The translations under genes were made by a program, and so were the position numbers. Below are positions 63,701 to 64,000 of a DNA stretch of 64,000 bases, in pieces. The notes beneath the pieces are model-generated. The model did no database searches. It saw nothing but the letters and a program-made list of their open reading frames with translations, and was not told the DNA's origin. Within the stretch, counting starts at the first letter, position 1. The number at the start of each line of letters is the position of its first letter. Source of the DNA: Phoronis australis (lineage: Eukaryota > Animalia > Phoronida); the NCBI GenBank assembly GCA_002633005.1, contig NMRA01000027.1, positions 1,484,581 through 1,548,580 of the forward strand, given 5' to 3'.

Positions 63701-64000
63701 ACCTGAATGGCAGACGACAGTGACGTACCCGGTGAGTTTAAGTGTCATTTTTTTATAAATAGAGGCTACTTTGGTACGAATGCAACACACAGAAAAGCTT
63801 CAGAGTGTAACCTTTGTTGTGGATCTGAAAATATACTTGGATTTTGCTTATGTTTTAAAATAAAGAGCTTATAGAAACTTAATGCGGTTTCGGTAAATGG
63901 CCGGGCTTTGCGCCTCGTAATATTCGAGATATTTAACAATACAAGCAGGTCCTTGCGTGAGACAGCAATTGGGAACGAAGTCATTAATTCTATGGCGACG

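Noticed and set aside
60810-63990. Short ORFs after the gap (61083-61620, 63197-63984)
   Set aside because: No recognisable domain or chainable splice structure; probably decayed repeats.

Overview
Eukaryotic (animal, probably non-vertebrate) genomic DNA. It is AT-rich, intron-containing and dense in transposons, with one 929-nt assembly gap (59866-60794). Main content: (1) A spliced minus-strand gene at about 6361-19991, almost invisible in the ORF track. I reconstructed it from 9 phase-compatible GT-AG exons into a 340-aa protein with an atypical HDX-like homeodomain, a shortened HMG-box-like domain, a region resembling the TFII-I/GTF2I N-terminus, one GTF2I (I-)repeat and an acidic 9-aa repeat. 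This is the most unusual item here. (2) A minus-strand cluster of tandem C2H2 zinc-finger genes: two intact 12-finger genes (24827-26197, 35337-36689) and three decayed copies (about 1.0-2.3, 34.1-34.9 and 49.9-50.8 kb). The intact genes and two of the relics share an N-terminal module rich in SUMO-consensus motifs. (3) Helentron-associated (HINE/DINE-1-like) elements whose internal satellite carries a CTCF-consensus-like motif about every 150 bp. (4) Many other transposons: a very young 900-bp MULE-like foldback, an Academ-like element, Kolobok-like elements, pogo/Tc1-like elements, several CAG-ended elements with 5-bp TSDs, a Gypsy pol relic and tRNA-derived sequences. All family and domain assignments were made by eye from motif recognition; no database search was run.
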